DNA of 64,000 bases from Chthoniobacterales bacterium (GCA_038230215.1 JBBRNR010000003.1:100836-164835); one strand, 5' to 3'. Counted from the stretch's first letter, positions 9,859 to 25,012 are shown. The notes: a model not told the origin generated them from the letters alone. Numbers and translations: made by a program.

Positions 9859-10551
9859 ATGCCCGAGCCTGATCTGAAAAACCTGACGCCCGATCTCTAC
9901 AACACGGGCTACGTGACGGCGATGTCCCATTTCTATCGCGGCGAATTGGGCCGGATCATGTCGTGGCGGCAGCGGCTCGATGTGACGACTAACTGGGCGA
10001 TCACCTGCACGACGACTTTAATAACAGTGTCGTTTTCGCTGCCGTCGCTCCCGCACATCATTTACTTTTTTAACATCGTCATCGTCTGGATGATGCTCTG
10101 GATCGAGGCGCGTCGGTATCGGTTTTATGATGCATTTCGCGCCCGTGTGCGGATGCTGGAGTCCCATTTTCTCGTGCCAATGCTGCTGCAAAACCAGCGT
10201 TTGCTGGAAGGTGAATGGCGCAAGCTGGTCTGCGAGGATCTTATTCTGCCGTCGTTCAAAATAACGGTTCTGGAAGCCGTCGGCCGACGCATGAAGCGGA
10301 ATTACATCTTCCTTTTTGCAATCATTCTCGTGGCTTGGCTCACGAAAATTTTCATTCACGCCGACCCGAAAATTAACAACTTCCATGACTTCTATCATGC
10401 CCTTGGCGTCGCCCACATTCCGAGCTGGCTGGTCGCGGGATTGTTTGTCACGACTTACACAGCGGTCATCGGCATCACCATTTACATAGCCAAGAACAGC
10501 TCCGGCGAGGTCAACGAATTTGGCGGCAACCGCCCGATGTGGAGAATATGA
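9859..10551 (+). CDS. DUF2270-like integral membrane protein
   Basis: HFYRGELGRIMSWRQRLDVTTNWAI followed by TM segments, as I recall for DUF2270. ORF-track start 9817 overlaps the upstream gene; ATG 9859 follows its stop. Confidence 0.5.
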   Translation: MPEPDLKNLTPDLYNTGYVTAMSHFYRGELGRIMSWRQRLDVTTNWAITCTTTLITVSFSLPSLPHIIYFFNIVIVWMMLWIEARRYRFYDAFRARVRMLESHFLVPMLLQNQRLLEGEWRKLVCEDLILPSFKITVLEAVGRRMKRNYIFLFAIILVAWLTKIFIHADPKINNFHDFYHALGVAHIPSWLVAGLFVTTYTAVIGITIYIAKNSSGEVNEFGGNRPMWRI

Positions 10552-11342
10552 TGGGCTCTGGCGACATCGGTCACCTTCGTGAGATCGTGGCCCGGCTTCG
10601 CTCACCCGACGGCTGTCCGTGGGACAAGGAGCAGACCTCGGCTTCCTTGATGCCGAGTTTTGTGGAGGAGCTTTACGAGGTGATCGACACGATCTACCGG
10701 CAGGATCACAACCATCTGCGCGAGGAGTTGGGCGATCTGCTGCTGCACATCGTCATGCAAGCCGAGATCGCCAGCGAGTCGGAGCACTTCAATTTCGACG
10801 ATGTGCTGCGAGAGATTTGCGATAAACTAATCCGGCGTCATCCACATGTTTTTGGCGACTCGCGGGCCCACGACACGGCGTCCGTACTCAAGCAATGGGA
10901 TGAAATCAAGCTGGCGGAAAAAGGCGGCGTGGCGGAAAAAAAATCCCTGCTCTCGGACGTGCCGACGTCGTTTCCGGCTTTGCTGCGCGCCGCAAAATTG
11001 CAGCACAAGGCGGCCAAAGTTGGCTTCGACTGGCCGGACGCCGAACCGGTTTTCGCCAAGATAAACGAGGAGATCGCCGAGGTGCGCGAAGCCGTCGCAG
11101 ATAACAATCCAAGTCGGATCGAGGACGAGCTGGGCGATGTTCTTTTCTCGGTCGTGAATCTGGCGCGCAAGCTGAAGATCGACCCCGAACTCGCCCTTCA
11201 GCGGGCCTCGAACAAATTCACGGCACGTTTTACCCAAATAGAAACGCTAGCCGGGGATCGCCAACTCGATCTGAAATCGCTCACGCTCGAACAGCTCGAC
11301 GCCCTCTGGGACGAGGCGAAAATGGCCCTCGCGTCATTTTAG
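10548..11342 (+). CDS. mazG: Nucleoside triphosphate pyrophosphohydrolase MazG
   Basis: LREIVARLRSPDGCPWDKEQT and two EExxE-type MazG repeats (EELYEVIDTI, EEIAEVREAV); ATG 10548 overlaps previous stop (ATGA). Confidence 0.9.
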   Translation: MMGSGDIGHLREIVARLRSPDGCPWDKEQTSASLMPSFVEELYEVIDTIYRQDHNHLREELGDLLLHIVMQAEIASESEHFNFDDVLREICDKLIRRHPHVFGDSRAHDTASVLKQWDEIKLAEKGGVAEKKSLLSDVPTSFPALLRAAKLQHKAAKVGFDWPDAEPVFAKINEEIAEVREAVADNNPSRIEDELGDVLFSVVNLARKLKIDPELALQRASNKFTARFTQIETLAGDRQLDLKSLTLEQLDALWDEAKMALASF

Positions 11343-11382
11343 CTTTGAAATCGGGAGGCACTCCTCTTACCCTCCGCGCCTC

Positions 11383-11796
11383 ATGCAAACGACTCTCATT
11401 CTACTCAAACCCGACTGCGTCAAAGGCGGCCACATTGGCGAAGTCATCGGCCGCTTCGAGCGCGCTGGTTTTCAAATCGCCGGCTGCAAAATGCTTTTCG
11501 CCACCGACGCCCTGCTCAACGAACATTACGCGCACATCGCGGCGAAACCTTTTTTTCCCGAAGTTGTCACCTTCATGCAATCAAGCCCCGTGATCGCGCT
11601 GGCCATTCGCGGTGACAATGTCGTGGAAAAAGTCCGCGACCTGCTCGGCCCGACCGATTCCAAAAAAGCCGCTCCCGGCACAATTCGCGGCGACCTTGGT
11701 CGAGATGTAATGATCAATGTCGTGCACGCATCCGATTCCTTGGAGAATGCTGCAATCGAGCTGAAAAGGTTCTTCCTCGACTCGGAACTTTTTTGA
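11383..11796 (+). CDS. ndk: Nucleoside diphosphate kinase
   Basis: TLILLKPD, GTIRGD, NVVHASDS active-site His region; 137 aa. Confidence 0.95.
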   Translation: MQTTLILLKPDCVKGGHIGEVIGRFERAGFQIAGCKMLFATDALLNEHYAHIAAKPFFPEVVTFMQSSPVIALAIRGDNVVEKVRDLLGPTDSKKAAPGTIRGDLGRDVMINVVHASDSLENAAIELKRFFLDSELF

Positions 11797-11830
11797 TACC
11801 ACAGACGACGGTGAGTCTAATGTCACTCCA

Positions 11831-12667
11831 ATGATTTCTCCATCCGCCCTCCGTCTAAAACTCACTTTCGCCCTCCTCGCGACGGTATTACCTGTCTGCG
11901 CCACATCGATCACCGGTGGTGGTGAGACGGTGGAAACCACTCCGACTCCACCGCCGGGTTTCGCCAAATCGCAGGAAACTCCCGATGCGACTCCGAAGGA
12001 ATCCAGCGAGAGAATGCCTGCGGTGGAGTTGCCCCAAGCGCGCAACAACCCGGCTCCTAAATCACAGTCGGTGGACGAGTTTAAGGCGGTGCTGCAACAA
12101 GCCCGGAAGGACTTTCGCGAGAAAAACTACGACGATGCGCTGGAGAAAGTACGCAAAGCTGAGTTACTCAAGCCCGACCAGCCCGACGCGCTCAATTTCC
12201 GCGGTGCAATTTACGCAGAAACTGGCCGCTATGCGGAGGCGGTCAAGCTTTACGAAAAAGCACTCTCGTTGCAGCCGAGCAGCTTTTGGCCTGCTTACAA
12301 CATTGGCGAGGTCGATTTCATCCAGAAGAAATATTCCGAGGCGCGGGCACATTTCCAAAAAATGTTGGAAAAATCTCCCAAAAACGAATTACTGCGTTTC
12401 AAAATCGTCCTGACCTATCTACTGGAAAAGAACGATGCTGCCGCGAAGGCGGAGTTGGATCGATTTCCCTTTCCGAGCGAAACTGCTGCCCGCGAGTTTG
12501 CCATGGCAGCCTGGGAGTTTGCTCACAGTCATCCCGAAAAAGGCAATGAATGGATCGAGTCTGGCGTGCGCATTTTCGGCTGGAGCCGGACGGATTTCGT
12601 CTATCAGACTCTGGCCGATCTCAACTGGGTGCCGACTCCGCGTCCCACTCCGACGCCACCGCATTAG
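11831..12667 (+). CDS. Secreted TPR-repeat protein
   Basis: N-terminal signal-like LKLTFALLATVLPVCA, Pro/Thr-rich linker, then TPR-like repeats (YDDALEKVRKAELLKPD, GRYAEAVKLYEKALSLQP). Confidence 0.65.
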   Translation: MISPSALRLKLTFALLATVLPVCATSITGGGETVETTPTPPPGFAKSQETPDATPKESSERMPAVELPQARNNPAPKSQSVDEFKAVLQQARKDFREKNYDDALEKVRKAELLKPDQPDALNFRGAIYAETGRYAEAVKLYEKALSLQPSSFWPAYNIGEVDFIQKKYSEARAHFQKMLEKSPKNELLRFKIVLTYLLEKNDAAAKAELDRFPFPSETAAREFAMAAWEFAHSHPEKGNEWIESGVRIFGWSRTDFVYQTLADLNWVPTPRPTPTPPH

Positions 12668-13518
12668 GCGGCGTGTCGGATGATGCAGGAAAGTGCCGCC
12701 CGCAGATCCGAAATATTCTCTTCCGAGATGAGGGAGCCGCCGAGTCGCGGGTTGATCTCAAAGATGATGATTTTCCCATCAGGGCCGAAAGTGTAATCTA
12801 CGTTGCAGGGTCCAGAGAAGGCAAGCGGCTTCAAAAAAGCCTCGACGATTTCGATCAAAGCCACGGGCGCACGCGCGCGCCGGAAGGTGCCATCGACCAC
12901 AGGCCCACGAATGATCGCGTCCTTGCGACGGGCAAAGAAATAGACGCAGTGCCAGAGAACACACCCGTTCTTGCAGACGCAATGTGCGACATATTCGCCC
13001 TCGTGCTCAACCAGCTTTTGGAGGATATGAGGTTTCCCGGCAAAAAGAGACCGGGCCAGACACTCGCGGGCGTGCGCCGCCGAGGAAACAAATTCCACTC
13101 CCCGTCCGGCGTTCAAGTCGGTGCGTTTGATTACGCAAGGAAACTGCGCCGTATCCAGTGAGTCAAAGTTAGTCGGGCAGTGCCGGGTCAGATGCTGCTG
13201 CTCGGCATAGTGGGCAAAAGCGGATTTATCGCGGAGGGTCCGCAGAGCCAAATCATTGGGGGCCAGTGAAGGCCAATCCATCGGACGCCGCTCGATGTGA
13301 TTTTCCATGAGTGGGATGACGACGGTTTTTTGCCAGCGACTTTTGGCCGGAGGCACCGAGCCATTCTTGTCCACATGCAACACCTCGCGCACACCCGCCA
13401 CACCGCTCCAGAGAGGGGCGAGCGGAGCCAAAGCTGTCATCCAATTCGGACTATGCAGACCGAAAATGACCGCCCGGACATTGCGGCTTGCCAAAAAATC
13501 ACCCAACCAATGGGGCAT
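12664..13518 (-). CDS. ATP-grasp fold protein, substrate unknown
   Basis: FPCVIKRTDLNAGRGVEFV, ILQKLVEHEGEYVAH and IIIFEINPRLGGS are ATP-grasp-like strands/loops. Confidence 0.5.
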   Translation of the reverse strand: MPHWLGDFLASRNVRAVIFGLHSPNWMTALAPLAPLWSGVAGVREVLHVDKNGSVPPAKSRWQKTVVIPLMENHIERRPMDWPSLAPNDLALRTLRDKSAFAHYAEQQHLTRHCPTNFDSLDTAQFPCVIKRTDLNAGRGVEFVSSAAHARECLARSLFAGKPHILQKLVEHEGEYVAHCVCKNGCVLWHCVYFFARRKDAIIRGPVVDGTFRRARAPVALIEIVEAFLKPLAFSGPCNVDYTFGPDGKIIIFEINPRLGGSLISEENISDLRAALSCIIRHAA

Positions 13519-13530
13519 GATGCCGGGCGA

Positions 13531-15684
<2,154 letters not shown>

Positions 15685-15827
15685 AGATTAATCAATCCGG
15701 AACGCCTGTAAACGGAAAAGACCGGAGTTTCATGCCACTGGAAGTCAGGTTTTCCTCGAACCGCACGGGCTGCGGATGAATCCGGGATGGACGGCATTGC
15801 GGAGGTTCTTATACTGCCATTTCCAAC

Positions 15828-16559
15828 ATGGAAACGGATTACAAAGTAAAACTCGAAGTATTTGAGGGTCCCCTCGACCTCCTACTTTACCTCGTGAAAC
15901 AAGACGAGATCGACATTTACGAAATCTCGATTGAGCGCATCACGAAGCAATACCTGGCCTATCTCGACGCGTTCAAAATGCTCGACCTCGATGTCGCCGG
16001 GGAGTTTCTCGTGATGGCGGCGAACCTCATTTATCTGAAAAGTCGCAGTCTGCTGCCGGTCGCGGTGCAGCCGCCGGAAGACGACGCCGAGGAGGATGAT
16101 CCGCGCTGGGATTTGATCCGACAACTCATCGAATACAAGAAATTCAAGGACGCCGCGTCGCATCTCCAACTGCGGGAATTGAATCAGGAAAACCTGATCG
16201 CGCGTAGTCCAGAGACGCCAGATTTTGACAAAGAATCTCCTCTCCTGACCAGCGAAGTCGGCATTTTTGATCTCATCAACGCCTTCCAAAAAATCCTCAA
16301 GCGCCTCGACAAGCAGGAGGATTTGCGTGAGATCTTTGAGGAAAACTTCAGCGTCTCCGACAAGATCAACCACATCCAGCGCGTCGTATTACGCGGGAGT
16401 TCCATTCGATTCACGGAGCTGTTTGCCAATGCCGCCTCGCGCACCGAGGTAGTCGTCACATTTCTTGCGCTGCTCGAGCTGATCCGCATGAAACGTCTGC
16501 GCATCGTGCAGATCGACCCCTTTTCCGAGATCGAAATCCACGGCATTTACCCCTCTTAA
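15828..16559 (+). CDS. scpA: Segregation and condensation protein A
   Basis: KLEVFEGPLDLLLYLVKQDEIDIYEISIERIT N-terminus and size typical of ScpA. Confidence 0.9.
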   Translation: METDYKVKLEVFEGPLDLLLYLVKQDEIDIYEISIERITKQYLAYLDAFKMLDLDVAGEFLVMAANLIYLKSRSLLPVAVQPPEDDAEEDDPRWDLIRQLIEYKKFKDAASHLQLRELNQENLIARSPETPDFDKESPLLTSEVGIFDLINAFQKILKRLDKQEDLREIFEENFSVSDKINHIQRVVLRGSSIRFTELFANAASRTEVVVTFLALLELIRMKRLRIVQIDPFSEIEIHGIYPS

Positions 16560-17260
16560 TTTTCCCCAATAACGGCGGGCGAAAACGGAAGCAGCGTCGC
16601 GATCTCAGCGATGACTGTGCCGTGGTCGCGCACATCGTAATGGAACCCGCGGAACCCTACTTCGCGGGCCGATTTGACGTTGGATAATAGGTCGTCGATG
16701 AAACCGGTGTGCTCCGGGACGATGTTGAATCGCCGGGCTGCGAGCTGGAAAATCTCCGGGTCGGGCTTGGCCATGCGGACCTCGTGGGAATAAATACCGT
16801 CTTCGAAATTCTGGAAGACGGGATACGTTTCGAGAATGTGTTCCAAGTGGATCGCGCTGGTGTTCGAGAGCAAATATAGCGGGAGCTTGCCCCGGACTGA
16901 CTCGACGAAATCCACCATTGGCTGGTTGATCGTAAAGATGTCTTTCCAGATGTCGGAAAAATCCCTCGGAGTGCCGCGGAAATGCAGGGCTTGGACCACG
17001 CCATTTTCAAATGTTTCGCGACTTATCGCTCCCGATTCGCAAAGATCTTTCAGCCGCTCCACCTCGGCCATCGAAGCGACATCGAAACCGTCGCTCAGGC
17101 GGTCAAGTTTTTCATAGGCGACACGAAAATCGAATTCCAATAGAACGTTTCCAATGTCGAATATAAGGGCCTGCAGCATTTGCAGTGATCGTGTAACGAA
17201 AAATTTCGCGACTGTCGAGAGTTGGTTGAAACCCATTTCGGGCAACCCTCCAGTCTCCAA
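16556..17260 (-). CDS. HAD-superfamily hydrolase
   Basis: LIFDIGNVLL, LLSNTS, FIDDLLSNVKSAREVG motifs; likely true start ATG 17179 (MLQALIFD). Confidence 0.75.
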   Translation of the reverse strand: METGGLPEMGFNQLSTVAKFFVTRSLQMLQALIFDIGNVLLEFDFRVAYEKLDRLSDGFDVASMAEVERLKDLCESGAISRETFENGVVQALHFRGTPRDFSDIWKDIFTINQPMVDFVESVRGKLPLYLLSNTSAIHLEHILETYPVFQNFEDGIYSHEVRMAKPDPEIFQLAARRFNIVPEHTGFIDDLLSNVKSAREVGFRGFHYDVRDHGTVIAEIATLLPFSPAVIGEN

Positions 17261-17361
17261 CCGAATTTCGTCTCTGCTGATGCTCCTTTGGAAATGTCGG
17301 ACGCGTCATTTATCTGCCAGTGAATGGCATGAAACTCGTCCGGCGACGGCCTGATTCGAGT

Positions 17362-19527
17362 TTAATCCCGATCCAACTGAGCCCGCACCACCTGGGCGAG
17401 CGCTGCGGAGAGATACGGCTTCGGCAGGAAATTAACGCCCTCCTCGACTTCTTCATCGGCGTCGAGCGTTTCCTTGTTGAAACCGCTCGTGTAGATGATT
17501 TTTAAATCGGGCTTTTTCTTGCGGAAATGGCGGGCCAGATCGCTGCCGCCGATACCGCTCGGCATCACGACGTCGGTTAAAAGCAGATCAATCTCGCCTT
17601 GGACGGACTTCCATTTCTCCATCGCTTCCTCGCCCGACTCGGCGGTGATGATCTCGTAACCGTAACTTTCCAGAACGTTGCTGGCGAGCGCGAGAAGGGC
17701 GGGCTCGTCCTCGACGATGAGAATCTTTTCCGCGCCGCCTGAAACTTTGGCCGTTTCCAAGGGAGTTTCAGTCGGTTCATCGAGCCATTCCTGCGGCGTC
17801 GCAGGCAGAAAAATCCGGAAGGTCGCTCCCTGTCTCGGCTGGCTGGAAACCTCGATCCAACCGCGATGTTGTTTGACCGCGCCCTGGACTTCGGCCAGCC
17901 CGAGGCCGCGTTCCTTGCCGCCGCCTTTGGTGGAAAAGAAGGGCTCGAAAATCCGCCCGGCGATTTCGGGCTCGATGCCAGTGCCGGTGTCGGCCACGCT
18001 TAGGCAGACAAATTTCCCCACGCGTCCGCCCAGATGCGCGGAGAGCGTTTTCTCGTCGATCTCCAGCAGGCGCGTGGAAATGACGAGTTGCCCGCCGGTC
18101 GGCATGGCGTCGGAGGCGTTGGCGGCGAGGTTCGTGATGATCTGCTCGACCATGGCCGGATCGATCTGCACGGGCGGCAAACCTGGTGCGTAAGTCGTCT
18201 GCAAAGTGATCGTGTTTCCGAGGATGCCCTGGACGAGTTTGGTCTGACTCGTGAGCACTTCGTTGAGGTCGAGCGTCTTTGGCTGCATAACCTGCTTCCG
18301 CGAAAACGTAAGCAGGTTCTGGGTCAAATCGGCCGCGCGCTCGGTGGCAGTAACGATCCGCTGGAGGTGCTCGGTTTCCTCTTTCCGGCCTAGTACGCGC
18401 TGCTCCAGGAGTCCGGTGTAGCCCATGATGATGTTGAGCAGATTGTTTAAATCGTGCGCAATGCCGCCTGCGAGCTGGCCGACGGATTCCATCCGCTGCG
18501 CTTGGCGGAGTTGGTTTTCGAGGGTTAAGCGCTGGGAGATTTCAGTCGCATAACAATGGACGACCTGCGCTTCTTTCACCGGGAAGAACGACCAGGAAAT
18601 GGTGCGTCCGCGCAAGTTGATCTCGTGCTGCAAAGTGGTCTGGCCCGACGCGATGCAGTTCTTGATAATCTCCTGCATGTCGAGCGGCAGAATAGCCAGA
18701 TCGCCCTCGCTGCCGAGTGAACGGGCCAGTTCGCGGGCGGCTTCATTAAAGTAAATCAGGTTCGCCGACGAGGTGAACGACATGATCGGGAACGGACAAA
18801 ACTTCGGCAGCGTCGTCAGCTTGCGATTCTCCGTTTCCAAGGAGCGCGCCTCCGAGACATCCTGCACGACGAGCATGAGCCCGGACTGACTGCCATCGCT
18901 TTCCAAGTCCGGAAAACTGCGCACCTGCACGAGGCGTTTGCGTCCGCTGCTTGCGACGATTTCCGCGTCATCAATGCGCGGGACCGGCTCGGTGGCAGTG
19001 AAAGATTCGAGTCGCAGTCGATTCAGCGAGTCGGGCGTGAAAAACGAATGATAAGTGTAACCCGCGAGATCATCCGGACGATCCATTTCCAGCAATCGGC
19101 ACATCTCGTGATTGATCGTCGTCGTGTAACCGCCAGGGCCGAGTTTCCAGACGCCGACTGGAATCTCAGCGATAATTTGATTGCGCTGCTGCGCCTCAAC
19201 ATCGGGATTCACCGCCTGGGAAAACGACGCGGGCTGACCGGTGTCCACCACGATGCAAGTGGCGAAGAGCACAATCAGCAGGACGATCAGGAGAAGGCCG
19301 TAGAGGAAAATATCGCCGTCCGCACTCCCGAAGGAGCCCTTCAACAGCCAGCCGGTGAACGCGATGACAATGCCGACGCTCAGGCAACCGAAGACAATCG
19401 GAATTTTTCTACCGCCCCGCAGTTTGCTCGTGCCAAAGAGTGGAAAAGTCAGCCCTAGAAACAAGCAAAAGCTGACAAATGCCGGTAGAAGATAAGGAAA
19501 AGAGGTCGGAGCCGCCAGAAGCCACAT
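17362..19527 (-). CDS. Hybrid sensor histidine kinase / response regulator
   Basis: N-terminal TM segments, PAS-like regions, H-box [14 protein letters not shown], HATPase motifs (DTGTGI, GLGLA), C-terminal receiver ILIVEDEP...LLLTDVVMP. Confidence 0.9.
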   Translation of the reverse strand: MWLLAAPTSFPYLLPAFVSFCLFLGLTFPLFGTSKLRGGRKIPIVFGCLSVGIVIAFTGWLLKGSFGSADGDIFLYGLLLIVLLIVLFATCIVVDTGQPASFSQAVNPDVEAQQRNQIIAEIPVGVWKLGPGGYTTTINHEMCRLLEMDRPDDLAGYTYHSFFTPDSLNRLRLESFTATEPVPRIDDAEIVASSGRKRLVQVRSFPDLESDGSQSGLMLVVQDVSEARSLETENRKLTTLPKFCPFPIMSFTSSANLIYFNEAARELARSLGSEGDLAILPLDMQEIIKNCIASGQTTLQHEINLRGRTISWSFFPVKEAQVVHCYATEISQRLTLENQLRQAQRMESVGQLAGGIAHDLNNLLNIIMGYTGLLEQRVLGRKEETEHLQRIVTATERAADLTQNLLTFSRKQVMQPKTLDLNEVLTSQTKLVQGILGNTITLQTTYAPGLPPVQIDPAMVEQIITNLAANASDAMPTGGQLVISTRLLEIDEKTLSAHLGGRVGKFVCLSVADTGTGIEPEIAGRIFEPFFSTKGGGKERGLGLAEVQGAVKQHRGWIEVSSQPRQGATFRIFLPATPQEWLDEPTETPLETAKVSGGAEKILIVEDEPALLALASNVLESYGYEIITAESGEEAMEKWKSVQGEIDLLLTDVVMPSGIGGSDLARHFRKKKPDLKIIYTSGFNKETLDADEEVEEGVNFLPKPYLSAALAQVVRAQLDRD

Positions 19528-19631
19528 GCGTTTTGGTGTGTTTGGGAAAGCTGTTTATGAGGAAGAAAGAGCGGCAGGTCAAGGGGGCGATTTTGTTTTA
19601 AACCCCGGCAGAGGGTCTCAGCCCCGGAAAA

Positions 19632-20402
19632 CTACGTCCGATGCGGCTTTTTGAAGCGCGACGGCTGGACGTGAACTGCCGGTTTGACAACGGGCGGGCG
19701 CTCGTCCCGCCGGGCGACGTAAATGACGTGCTCCAGGCGTTTGGCGCGCTCGTGGGCTTTGCAAGGAACGGCATTCACGGTGAAACGGGCGCGCTCCAGA
19801 CGATTCGCGAAACCAGCCTCGGGCGCAGCGGACCAAAACGTCACACAGCCGTCCTTGTTCAGCGCACGGCGGATCATGCCGAAACCGCTTCGGTCGTAGA
19901 GACGGGCATTTTTCGGCTGCACAAAGGACGTCGGCCCATTGTCCACATCGAGCAGGATCGCATCGTAACGCTCCGTGCTCCCATCGCGGATCAAGCGGAA
20001 AACGTCGTCCACGAAAACGGTCACACGCGGGTCGTCGAGAAGGTGGCCATTGATTTTCTGAAGAAATTCGCGGTTCCAAGTGACGACTTCTCCGAGCAAT
20101 TCAGCCACATGCACCGTGGCGTGGGGACCGACCAGTTCCAGCACGCGCTTGAGGCTGTAACCTAGGCCGAGGCCGCCGATCAACACCCGGGCGTCTGGTT
20201 TCGCACCCAACAACGGACAGGCCAGGTCGGCCAGAAGCAACTCGGACACCGTCGAGGTCGTGCTCATGAGCTGGCGTCCGTTCAGCTTCAGGAAAAAATC
20301 GCCGTCGTGTTCGTGCAGGCTGAAACGGCTGCCGTCCGGAGTGTGCGTTTCGCCGAGTTGATGGGTTTGAATCATGTCCGCGGCAGCCTGGGCGACCGCC
20401 AA
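19632..20402 (-). CDS. Spermidine-synthase-like (PABS fold) methyltransferase-family protein
   Basis: VLIGGLGLGYS SAM loop, YDAILLDVDNGP. Confidence 0.6.
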   Translation of the reverse strand: MAVAQAAADMIQTHQLGETHTPDGSRFSLHEHDGDFFLKLNGRQLMSTTSTVSELLLADLACPLLGAKPDARVLIGGLGLGYSLKRVLELVGPHATVHVAELLGEVVTWNREFLQKINGHLLDDPRVTVFVDDVFRLIRDGSTERYDAILLDVDNGPTSFVQPKNARLYDRSGFGMIRRALNKDGCVTFWSAAPEAGFANRLERARFTVNAVPCKAHERAKRLEHVIYVARRDERPPVVKPAVHVQPSRFKKPHRT

Positions 20403-20450
20403 CTCAAAGGCAAACCAAAGCCGCCGCGAACTTCATTCTTTCTGGGTTAG

Positions 20451-22622
<2,172 letters not shown>

Positions 22623-22703
22623 ACCCTCGGGAGCCTCGCGCTCCCTGAACTACCTGCCATTCCGCCCGTATCCCCGAAGCTTTGTAAGAACCACGTCCGC
22701 TGG

Positions 22704-23828
22704 CTATTCTCCGGCCAACGGCTCGAAATGGAGGCCTAAGTCCGCTTCGAGCTGGGCGATTTTATGGCGTTCGTCTGGTTCGATGAGACAGATGGAAATG
22801 CCTTTTTTTCCGGCGCGAGCGGTGCGACCGGAGCGGTGGGTGTAGTATTGTTGCTTCTCGGGCAGTTGCCGGTGGATGACAAAGGAGAGGCCTTCCACGT
22901 CGATGCCTCGTGCGGCGACGTCGGTCGCGATGAGGAATCGGGTGCGTTCCTTGATGAAAGCGCGCATCACTTTGTCGCGATCCCTTTGACTGAGGTCCCC
23001 TTGCAGCACGGCGACGGAGATGTCGCGTTTGGCGAGTTGTTCGCCCAGGCGAATCGCGCCGATGCGGGTGCGGCAGAAGATCATCCCGCGCTCGGTCTCC
23101 TTTGAAAGTAAGAAATTGGCAATCCAGTCGTCTTTATCGTCGCGCAGGCAGACCACGGTGCGGTGGGCGATGTTGCGGTTGACGACATTGGTTTTTCCGA
23201 CATGGATGACCTTTGGATCGGCGGACATGGAGTCGGAGATGAGACGCTGGAGTCTCTCGGGAAACGTGGCGGAAAAGAGCCAGGTGCCGCGACGGGATGC
23301 GCGGGTCATTTCGGCAATGCGGACGACTTCCTCGCGAAAGCCCATGCTGAGCATTTCGTCGGCCTCATCGAGCACGAGGTACTTCACAGCGTCGAGCGAA
23401 ACGGCACCGGCTTTGAGCAAGTCGGAGAGGCGACCGGGCGTGGCCACGACGATGTGCGTGGGGCGTTGCAAACGTGCGATCTGGAGATCGATCTTGTCGC
23501 CGCCGCCGGTGACTTCGATGAAGATCTTCGCCTTGGAAAACTTGGTGAAGCGAAAGAGTTGTTTGCCGATTTGCTGGGCCAATTCCCGTGTGGGTGAGAG
23601 GACGAGCGCCTGAAGTTTCGGATTGGCGGGATCGATCTTAGTGAGAAGCGGCAGGCCAAAAGCCGCTGTCTTGCCCGTCCCCGTCTGCGCCTGGGCGACG
23701 AGATCTCCGCCATTTCGGATGAGATACGGAATGGTATTTTCCTGAATGGACGTGGGCTGAGTGATCCCGAGGGCATCGAGACCCAGAATAAGGTCCTCTG
23801 GGACGCCAAGTTTGGAAAAGGGTGACAT
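22704..23828 (-). CDS. DEAD-box ATP-dependent RNA helicase
   Basis: AQAQTGTGKTAAF, PTRELA, VLDEADEML, SAT, HRSGRTARAG; ORF-track start 23972 trimmed to ATG 23828 (MSPFSKLGVPEDL). Confidence 0.9.
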   Translation of the reverse strand: MSPFSKLGVPEDLILGLDALGITQPTSIQENTIPYLIRNGGDLVAQAQTGTGKTAAFGLPLLTKIDPANPKLQALVLSPTRELAQQIGKQLFRFTKFSKAKIFIEVTGGGDKIDLQIARLQRPTHIVVATPGRLSDLLKAGAVSLDAVKYLVLDEADEMLSMGFREEVVRIAEMTRASRRGTWLFSATFPERLQRLISDSMSADPKVIHVGKTNVVNRNIAHRTVVCLRDDKDDWIANFLLSKETERGMIFCRTRIGAIRLGEQLAKRDISVAVLQGDLSQRDRDKVMRAFIKERTRFLIATDVAARGIDVEGLSFVIHRQLPEKQQYYTHRSGRTARAGKKGISICLIEPDERHKIAQLEADLGLHFEPLAGE

Positions 23829-23946
23829 AAGTTTTAGAAATGAATTCGCCAAGCAGATTGCACGTCCGTCGGCAGGGCGACGAGCAGCAAATCGAGCGGA
23901 GGAGCCATTCGCATGGAACCGCGATGGAGCGAACGCTAGAAACCAG

Positions 23947-24471
23947 TCAAAGGCCCGGCGGCCACTCCACATCCCCGAGCTCCGGTGGAAGCTGCGTCGG
24001 ATCGGTCGGATAAATCAGCGAAAGATCCATCGGCGACTGCAAGCCTTGGAGAAACTCCAATTCCTCCGCCGCGCCTACGATCAGCCAGACCCCGCCGTGA
24101 CGCGGCACCGTCAGCGTCTCCCATTCGATTGGAACTCCCGTGGTTTTTGCATCGGCAGGATTTTCATCCGAGTTCCAATCCACTCTCGCCACCCGCATCC
24201 GCCCGGTGCCTTCCAGCACTAAATAAAACTCCTCCGAGCGAATGTGTTTGTGCAGCGTATTCGCGCTCCCCGACGGCAACCGCCAGAGCTGCGCGCCCAT
24301 CTTTTCGCTGCCCGTCCGCTCGAGAAAATCCGCGTTCGGAATCCGCATCAGATTCGACGGCCGCCAATGTAAGTCGTCCGGTGCGATCAGGTGAAAGCCG
24401 CTCGCTGTTTTCATCGCGCCAGCATCTCCAAAACTGTCGCGCGTGCGCAAAAGAAAAGTCCTCCTAACCAT
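23947..24471 (-). CDS. Cupin-domain protein
   Basis: LHKHIRSEEFYLVLEGTGRM resembles cupin motif 1. Confidence 0.55.
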   Translation of the reverse strand: MVRRTFLLRTRDSFGDAGAMKTASGFHLIAPDDLHWRPSNLMRIPNADFLERTGSEKMGAQLWRLPSGSANTLHKHIRSEEFYLVLEGTGRMRVARVDWNSDENPADAKTTGVPIEWETLTVPRHGGVWLIVGAAEELEFLQGLQSPMDLSLIYPTDPTQLPPELGDVEWPPGL

Positions 24472-24553
24472 CGGCCGCAGAGTGCGGAAAAAAAAGTCAT
24501 TCGACTTCCATCCGACTCTGCGGCGGAGCGTCCGCCGGTTGCTGCAACGCGCC

Positions 24554-25003
24554 TTACCAGGTCCGCGTATCTTCCAGCGCCTCGCCAGTTTCCAGCATCG
24601 TCTTCAAACTCGATAAAATCACCGGCCAGCCATTCGAGACTGCCTCGATGAACTTCGATTGACCGCGATCCATCTCATGCAGCACGGTTAATTTCACCAT
24701 CCCGTCCTTCGGCTCCAGCGTGTAGGTCATCCTCGACACGCCCTCCGCTTTCTTCTCCTCCTGCATCTCGTGCTGCCAGCTCAGGACGAGCCGTTTCGGA
24801 GGGTCGAGTTCGAGAATTTCCCCGCCATCCACGACCGTGCCGTCCGGTGCTGTGCTGTGCCATTTGGCTCCCGCCCGAATCTCCCCGTGCAAGGTCGTGG
24901 CCCAGAAGAATTCCCGGGGAACCTCGGTTTCTGTGATCGCCGCCCAGAGTTTCTCCGGCGTGGTGCGAATGAAGGTGACGTAAACGAATGTGCTTTTTTC
25001 CAT
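24554..25003 (-). CDS. SRPBCC/AHSA1-domain protein
   Basis: FVYVTFIRTTPEKLWAAIT N-terminus, 149 aa, immediately downstream of an ArsR regulator (a common pairing). Confidence 0.75.
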   Translation of the reverse strand: MEKSTFVYVTFIRTTPEKLWAAITETEVPREFFWATTLHGEIRAGAKWHSTAPDGTVVDGGEILELDPPKRLVLSWQHEMQEEKKAEGVSRMTYTLEPKDGMVKLTVLHEMDRGQSKFIEAVSNGWPVILSSLKTMLETGEALEDTRTW

Positions 25004-25012
25004 GGTGATCAG

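Noticed and set aside
23829-23972. N-terminal extensions offered by the ORF track (DEAD-box 23972, L31 38725, pta 53883, shc 59804, GT-C 50117, FkbM 6181, DUF2270-like 9817)
   Set aside because: The extensions are Arg/Ala/Pro-rich, overlap upstream genes, or precede canonical family N-termini that begin at an internal ATG. Shorter starts were chosen.
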